Source: a virus
Lineage: Duplodnaviria > Caudoviricetes
Length of the DNA: 61,511 bases
Direction: 5' to 3' (one strand)
Virus record (IMG/VR): IMGVR_UViG_3300044634_003809
Location: 1-61,511 of that record
Position 1 is the stretch's first letter. Each line of letters opens with the position of its first letter. Shown one piece after another: positions 55,926 to 61,511 of this stretch. Under the pieces are notes generated by a model, which was given only the letters and a program-made list of their open reading frames with translations, was not told the DNA's origin and made no database searches. Position numbers and translations under genes: made by a program.

Positions 55926-56728
55926 AAACTCATTTGTTAGTGGTTCTTCAGTCTCATTCAAAAGGGAATAGAGATGCTGATGAAAATCATAAAAGATATT
56001 GTAATGCTCCAAAGATTGAAGTATCATCAAGATGTATTTTTTCTGTGATTGATGCTTTGAATTATGCTCAAGAGCAATATCCAGATTATGAAATAGAACT
56101 ACAAATCTTTGATGACCATTCAGACCAAGAGTTTCTGGATATTCTTCAGTCACTAATTGATACAGCAAAGTTTAAGGTCAATCTAACACATCTTGAAACT
56201 TATGGAATAATGCCTTCAATCCTTCGTTGTTATGAGCACGGAAGAGACTGTGGAAAGGATTGGGTCTATTTTATTCAAGATGATTTTCTTCATCAACAAA
56301 ACTCCGTTGAATTGATGATAGATGCTATTAATCAGTTCAGTTGCAATCTAGGAAAACCAGCAAGTATCTTTCCATTCAACAAACCAGCAGAATATCATAA
56401 CCCAGAAAATACTGCGGTTCTTTGTAATATTGTTGTAGGTAAAGACAGATACTGGAGAACTAATATTCATCCAGCAGTCACTTTGATGACTCATAGTAGT
56501 ATCATTAAACAAAACTGGGATTTATTTTATAAGATGGGAACAAGTAAAATAAGTGAAACGATGGAGATGGAGAGTATTTGTAAGATTTATTATGAAAGAG
56601 GATATTACTGCTTTACTCCCATTCCATCATTAGCACTTCATATGCAAACAGAGTGGGATAAGGACTTTTTTATTGACTGGAAATCTTGGTGGAATGAATA
56701 CGATTTGGAGAAACTAAATGAAAATTAA
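55922..56728 (+). CDS. GT-A fold glycosyltransferase (GT2-like)
   Basis: IFDDHSD, VYFIQDDFLH, TPIPSLALH. Confidence 0.7.
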   Translation: MKTHLLVVLQSHSKGNRDADENHKRYCNAPKIEVSSRCIFSVIDALNYAQEQYPDYEIELQIFDDHSDQEFLDILQSLIDTAKFKVNLTHLETYGIMPSILRCYEHGRDCGKDWVYFIQDDFLHQQNSVELMIDAINQFSCNLGKPASIFPFNKPAEYHNPENTAVLCNIVVGKDRYWRTNIHPAVTLMTHSSIIKQNWDLFYKMGTSKISETMEMESICKIYYERGYYCFTPIPSLALHMQTEWDKDFFIDWKSWWNEYDLEKLNEN

Positions 56729-57413
56729 TGTATATTTAAGACACTGCTATTACTCAAAAATTCAAGAAGCACCAGGAAAACAAAGACCTTCTTGGTGGGA
56801 TAAAGAAAAGGTATTTCAAAACTTTAAGAATACTCTTAATCCAGAAACAACAAACTATACAATCATCTATGATGAACATTATGGAAAGATAGAAGATACT
56901 TTCTTAGCACAAGAGAATAATGTTTATACTATTAATTGTGGTGGAGAAGCAAAGAGTTTTATTGAGACATTAAAGTACATTCAATCTCAAAACCATTCTC
57001 CAGATGATATCATTTATTTTCTAGAAGATGATTATGTCCATCAACCAGGATGGGATAAAGTTCTAATTGAGGGATTTACTCTACCAGTTTCTTATGTGAC
57101 CTTGTACGACCATAGAGATAAGTATGGTGAGTATTATGCGGAGTTTCGCACAAAAGTTTTGTTTACAGATTCTAGTCACTGGATGGCAACACCGTCAACC
57201 ACAAATACTTTTGCCGTTAAGTATTCAACTCTTGTAGAGGACTTTTATACTCATACTAAATATTCTACAGGAGTGGAACCATCAGCAGACCACCAAAAGT
57301 TTTTAGAATTATCACAAAGAGGAAGAGTTCTTATATCTTCTATTCCTGGTTATTCTACACACTGTCAAGAAGATTTATTATCACCTTGTATTGATTGGAA
57401 AAATTACTTATGA
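56718..57413 (+). CDS. GT-A fold glycosyltransferase
   Basis: IIYFLEDDYVH, YVTLYDH, STTNTFA, SSIPGYSTH; distantly similar to 55922. Confidence 0.7.
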   Translation: MKINVYLRHCYYSKIQEAPGKQRPSWWDKEKVFQNFKNTLNPETTNYTIIYDEHYGKIEDTFLAQENNVYTINCGGEAKSFIETLKYIQSQNHSPDDIIYFLEDDYVHQPGWDKVLIEGFTLPVSYVTLYDHRDKYGEYYAEFRTKVLFTDSSHWMATPSTTNTFAVKYSTLVEDFYTHTKYSTGVEPSADHQKFLELSQRGRVLISSIPGYSTHCQEDLLSPCIDWKNYL

Positions 57414-59527
57414 ATTGGAAAGATGTTGAAGGTTATTTTTCTTACACTAACCTTTATGATTTAGCAATCAAATACTGTCCAGATAACTCAACTTTTGTAG
57501 AAGTTGGTTCTTGGATGGGGAGGTCTACTTGTTATATGGGAGAACAGATTAAAAAATCTCCCAAAAATATCAAGTTTTATGCTGTAGATACTTGGGAAGG
57601 TAGTGAGGAAATATCTCATAAAGAAACAATAGAAAAACTGAAGAATGAAAACCTATCTCTATTTGATATCTTCAATCATCATATTCAAATGTGTGGTGTT
57701 CAGGAACAAGTAATACCACTTAAAACCACTAGTATAGAAGCAGCAAAACAGTTTGAAGATAATAGTCTTGATTTTGTTCACATTGATGCTTCACACGATT
57801 ACGAAAATGTTTTAGCAGATATTATTGCTTGGTATCCAAAAGTAAAACCAGGAGGTTTTATTACTGGTGATGACTATGTAATAAGTTGGGGTGGAGTTAT
57901 TCAAGCAGTTAAAGAATATTTTACAGGAAAATCTGTGGTTCTTTTAGACCGTGGAGATTTTACATTAAACAAAGTTTGGTTACATCAAAAACAAGGAGAA
58001 AAAATGGAAGTTGCACTTTATGCTATCTCTAAAAACGAAGAAAAGAATGTTGAGAAATTCGTTGAAATCTCAAAGAAATTTTCTCATACTGTTGTAGTTG
58101 ATACTGGAAGCACAGATAATACAGTTCAACTACTCAAAGAAGCAGGTGTTGAAGTCTATGAGCATCCACAAAGTAGAGAAGAGTTTGATTTTTCAGTTGC
58201 AAGAAATCAGGCACTGTCTTATGTAAAGACCGATTGGGCATTTTCTCTTGATTTGAATGAAGACCTAGATGAGTTTCATCCAGAAGGTCTTGGTGTGATT
58301 GCGGGAGAGTTCACATCATTCAAACACGAACGATACAATAAAATAGGAGATCAAGAGACATCACTATCAAATGAAACTCACACTCGTTTTCACAGAACCA
58401 AAAACTATATTTGGGTAGGTGCTGTACACGAAAATCTTGTATTTTTACCATCTGAAGAACATCTAAACGAGTCTACTGTTGATACTACTATTAAAATTAC
58501 TAAAAATATTCATAATACGGTAGATAAAGAACTATTCTATCTTTCAATATGCGAAAGAGAATTTGAAAAAGATCCCACTAATACCTACTATCTTTGGTTT
58601 ATCTTCAAGCATTATTTTGAAGTTAAAAATTTCGGCAAAGCAATTGAACTTGGTCAAGAATATCTAAATCTTTCTAAAGCATATTTTGATGTTACTAGAA
58701 TTGATGTGTTTATTATGACTAGTATTGCTCTTATTAATATTAAAGATATTCAAAGAGCATCTAATTATGCTTTCCATGCATTGAGTGAAGCAATGAATAT
58801 TGGTGGTGATGTTATGGGTAAAGCATTCACTCATCTACTTAACATTGGTAAACTTACTCAAAATCCTAATATTATTATCTTTGCATCTGGATTTAGTTCA
58901 GATACAGTAAGACTTTCCGAAAGAACAGAAGCAATTGACAAACTATTCTTGACCAATCTTGACGATATTCCAACCACTGCTTGGATGGGGCATCGTCCTT
59001 TTGCTGAATGGATTGTAAAACAACTAAATCCGGAAGTAATTGTAGATTTGGGTGTTGATTGGGGATACTCTACATTCTCATTTGCAATGCCAAGAATTGG
59101 TAAAGTGTATGGTATTGATAATTTTGCTGGTGATGATTTTGTTGGAAAATCAAATACTTATTCTTTCATATCTATGAAGAGGGATAAATTACACCTTCAA
59201 GATAATGTAGAATTTATCAAAGGTGACTTTAATGAAGTTTCCAAGACCTGGGATAAGAAAATTGATATTCTTCACATTGATGGTAGTCACCACTATGAAG
59301 ATGTGAAGAAAGATTTTGAAACTTGGAGTCAGTTTGTAAATGATGATGGTGTAATTCTAATGCACGATACTTGTGTTGAGAATTTTGAAGGTATGGAGTA
59401 TGGAGTTAAGAAATTCTTTGATGAAATTGAACTTCCAAAATGCACATTTACACATTCTTTTGGTCTTGGTGTAGTTTCTAAAAATGAAAAAATAATGGAA
59501 CAAATTAAGACAACTTTCAATCTATGA
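57410..59527 (+). CDS. Fusion: SAM methyltransferase (Methyltransf_24) - GT2 - TPR - second methyltransferase
   Basis: FVEVGSWMGRS, AVDTW, FVHIDASHDY, GDDY; AISKNEE, VVDTGSTDNT, FDFSVARN, WAFSLDLNE; VDLGVDWGYS, ILHIDGSHHYE, MHD; start set at ATG 57410 (ATGA overlap). Confidence 0.85.
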   Translation: MNWKDVEGYFSYTNLYDLAIKYCPDNSTFVEVGSWMGRSTCYMGEQIKKSPKNIKFYAVDTWEGSEEISHKETIEKLKNENLSLFDIFNHHIQMCGVQEQVIPLKTTSIEAAKQFEDNSLDFVHIDASHDYENVLADIIAWYPKVKPGGFITGDDYVISWGGVIQAVKEYFTGKSVVLLDRGDFTLNKVWLHQKQGEKMEVALYAISKNEEKNVEKFVEISKKFSHTVVVDTGSTDNTVQLLKEAGVEVYEHPQSREEFDFSVARNQALSYVKTDWAFSLDLNEDLDEFHPEGLGVIAGEFTSFKHERYNKIGDQETSLSNETHTRFHRTKNYIWVGAVHENLVFLPSEEHLNESTVDTTIKITKNIHNTVDKELFYLSICEREFEKDPTNTYYLWFIFKHYFEVKNFGKAIELGQEYLNLSKAYFDVTRIDVFIMTSIALINIKDIQRASNYAFHALSEAMNIGGDVMGKAFTHLLNIGKLTQNPNIIIFASGFSSDTVRLSERTEAIDKLFLTNLDDIPTTAWMGHRPFAEWIVKQLNPEVIVDLGVDWGYSTFSFAMPRIGKVYGIDNFAGDDFVGKSNTYSFISMKRDKLHLQDNVEFIKGDFNEVSKTWDKKIDILHIDGSHHYEDVKKDFETWSQFVNDDGVILMHDTCVENFEGMEYGVKKFFDEIELPKCTFTHSFGLGVVSKNEKIMEQIKTTFNL

Positions 59528-59880
59528 GAATTGTAGTTCCTATATCAGTCGGAGAACTTTTAGATAAGATTACTATACTTGAAATTAAATCTCTTTTGGG
59601 TTATAATGAGTACGTAGAAAAAGAACTTGAAGAACTTAATCAGATTAAAGATACTATAAAATCTTACACTGAAGAATATATGAATCAGTTGCGAAAAGTG
59701 AATCAAAATCTTTGGAAGATTGAAGACAGATTAAGAGTTCTTGAAAAGGAACAAAGATTTGATAATGAATTTATTGAACTTGCTCGAAGTGTTTATAAAC
59801 TAAACGACCAAAGAGCAGAAATTAAAAGAAAAATCAACAAAGAAACTAATTCAGAATATAAAGAAATTAAAATTTATTAA
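59524..59880 (+). CDS. DUF6165-like protein
   Basis: VPISVGELLDKITILEIK...VNQNLWKIED...FIELARSVYKLNDQRAEIKRKIN...KEIKIY. Confidence 0.75.
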   Translation: MRIVVPISVGELLDKITILEIKSLLGYNEYVEKELEELNQIKDTIKSYTEEYMNQLRKVNQNLWKIEDRLRVLEKEQRFDNEFIELARSVYKLNDQRAEIKRKINKETNSEYKEIKIY

Positions 59881-59881
59881 A

Positions 59882-59888
59882 ATAAATA
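59882..59888 (+). promoter_or_regulatory. Late promoter motif ATAAATA
   Basis: Intergenic, 22 nt upstream of ATG 59911. Confidence 0.55.
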
Positions 59889-59910
59889 TTAGAAAATAAA
59901 AAAAATAACA

Positions 59911-60240
59911 ATGAAATATGATTGGAAAATAAAAGAAATAGTGAAAAAAGATTTCTCAAATAGAGAGAATGTCATCTATAAAGTTTTTTGGGAAAAAATA
60001 GGAACCGATGAAAATGGAAACATTGGGAAAGCACAAGGATCAACACTTTTCAATACGGATAAAGTGAGTTATGATGAGTTTGTAGAATATGATAATTTAA
60101 CAGAAGAACTTGTTTTAGGGTGGATTTTGGATTCAATAACTGAATCATATGATAAAAGATTGAATAGAAAAATTTTAAATAAAATAGAACAAATTAAAAA
60201 TCCTTCCACTAAAGTTTCTGAATTTCCTTGGAGTAATTAA
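59911..60240 (+). CDS. Small phage protein of a type usually next to fibre genes (DUF7936-like)
   Basis: YDWKI, VIYKVFW, GTDENG, FVEYDNLTEELVLGW, terminal PW. Confidence 0.55.
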   Translation: MKYDWKIKEIVKKDFSNRENVIYKVFWEKIGTDENGNIGKAQGSTLFNTDKVSYDEFVEYDNLTEELVLGWILDSITESYDKRLNRKILNKIEQIKNPSTKVSEFPWSN

Positions 60241-60251
60241 ATTTAACTGAT

Positions 60252-61232
60252 ATGATTAATTTTGTAAAACTTGCCATAGAAAATGGGGGATCTATATACC
60301 CTCTCATAATTCCACATACAGAATTAAAAGGTCCCGCATTAACAAATCCCTCAATCTATAATGATAATGGTAAATTACTATTAAATTTGAGAAATATTAA
60401 TTATACTTTATATCATTCGGAAAAGAAAAAATTTGAGCATCATTGGGGACCTCTGGTTTATATTCATCCCGAAAATGATATTCGCCTTCGCACTTGGAAT
60501 TATATGTGTGAAGTTGATGGTAATATGAGAATTAAAAAGTATAGCAAAATAGACACCTCAAAGTTTCCTGATAAAGAACTTTGGGAATTTGTTGGTCTCG
60601 AAGATGCTAGAATTGTTCGTTGGGATGAAAAACTTTATATCTGTGGAGTTCGTAGAGATCTTGATGAAGTTGGAACTGGTCGTATGGAACTTTCTGAAAT
60701 TGAGATTACAGAAAGTGGTGTTAAAGAAATAAATCAATACAGAATTCCTACTCCAGGAAACAACGATTCTTATTGTGAAAAGAATTGGATGCCTATTCTT
60801 GATATGTCATTTCATTTTGTAAAATGGACTAATGGTACTGAAGTAGTAAAATATGATATTTCTACAGGAAAAACAGAGCAAGTATTGGTTACCGAATGGA
60901 GAGATCTTGGATGTATAGATCTTCGTGGAGGATCACAAATTATTAAATTAGATGATCAACATAGATTTGCACTAAATCACGAAACTTATTTGTTTAAAAG
61001 CGAACAAGGAAGAAAGGATGGAAAATATCGCCATAGATTTATTGTATGGGATGATAATTGGAATATTATAAAAGTTTCTAAACAATTCTCATTCTTGAAT
61101 GCAGATGTTGAATTTGCAGTTGGTATGTGTGAATATAAAAATGATTATTTAATTACTTTTGGTTTTCAAGATAATGCTGCTTATCTATTGAAAGTATCTC
61201 AAGATTTTGTTAAAAAATTTATTTTCGATTAG
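60252..61232 (+). CDS. Five-bladed propeller glycosidase/phosphorylase-like protein (GH130/GH43 superfamily)
   Basis: TNPSI, GLEDARIV, EKNWMP, RGGS, VEFAVG, ITFGFQD. Confidence 0.7.
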   Translation: MINFVKLAIENGGSIYPLIIPHTELKGPALTNPSIYNDNGKLLLNLRNINYTLYHSEKKKFEHHWGPLVYIHPENDIRLRTWNYMCEVDGNMRIKKYSKIDTSKFPDKELWEFVGLEDARIVRWDEKLYICGVRRDLDEVGTGRMELSEIEITESGVKEINQYRIPTPGNNDSYCEKNWMPILDMSFHFVKWTNGTEVVKYDISTGKTEQVLVTEWRDLGCIDLRGGSQIIKLDDQHRFALNHETYLFKSEQGRKDGKYRHRFIVWDDNWNIIKVSKQFSFLNADVEFAVGMCEYKNDYLITFGFQDNAAYLLKVSQDFVKKFIFD

Positions 61233-61234
61233 TT

Positions 61235-61511
61235 GTGAATTTAATTATAGGAAATACTGCAGGAACTTTTAGTACGATACTAAACTATCTTTCTTGGATG
61301 GTTATTAAAGATATTTCTGAAAATGAAATATCTTTAGATTTCCATTGGACTAATAAAACAGATTTTAGTGGAAATACCTTTTACGGATATAAAAATGTAA
61401 AAAAGCAAAATTTTTATGAACCATTAATTCATAGACCAAATATAATGAGTCATTTATTTGAGTATGCTCCAAATTCTTTTATGGAAGATTATGAAGAATA
61501 TGTTGAATCTT
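61235..61511 (+). CDS. Partial ORF running off the window, possibly another glycosyltransferase
   Basis: GTG 61235; open to the end: MNLIIGNTAGTFSTILNYLSW...; the GxFS start loosely recalls NodZ/GT23-type fucosyltransferases. Confidence 0.45.
   Translation, partial: MNLIIGNTAGTFSTILNYLSWMVIKDISENEISLDFHWTNKTDFSGNTFYGYKNVKKQNFYEPLIHRPNIMSHLFEYAPNSFMEDYEEYVES

Noticed and set aside
1-61511. Introns, inteins, homing endonucleases or IS elements
   Set aside because: Core genes are uninterrupted; no LAGLIDADG/HNH/GIY-YIG, intein or transposase motifs seen; the TnsA-like fold of gp4 is normal

Overview
A 61.5-kb, AT-rich segment of a T4-like cyanomyovirus (Kyanoviridae-like), identified by gp32/53/48/2/4/54/26/51/5 homologues, the cyanophage AMG cp12, tRNA-Thr(UGU) and many (A/C/T)TAAATA late-promoter motifs. 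1-20.7 kb: end of gp32 and the conserved baseplate/tail module, including a tape-measure-like protein with a SleB-type hydrolase and an apparently circularly permuted M23 domain. 20.7-46.6 kb: very large fibre/appendage genes, interrupted at 28.6-30.1 kb by a small early/tRNA cassette with unannotated micro-ORFs. Two fibre genes carry long, nearly proline-free Gly-X-Gln collagen tracts, and the 3383-aa one has a distal half of diverse knob modules joined by ten near-identical linkers. 46.6-61.5 kb: a co-directional island of three 7-bladed RCC1-like propellers with constant frameworks and hypervariable loops, interleaved with glycosyltransferase, sulfotransferase, methyltransferase, 2OG-Fe(II) oxygenase, Cys-cluster and glycosidase-like genes. 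The best candidate for an undescribed system is this late-expressed collagen fibre + variable propeller + glycan-tailoring module. Family calls come from motif recognition by eye; no database search was run.
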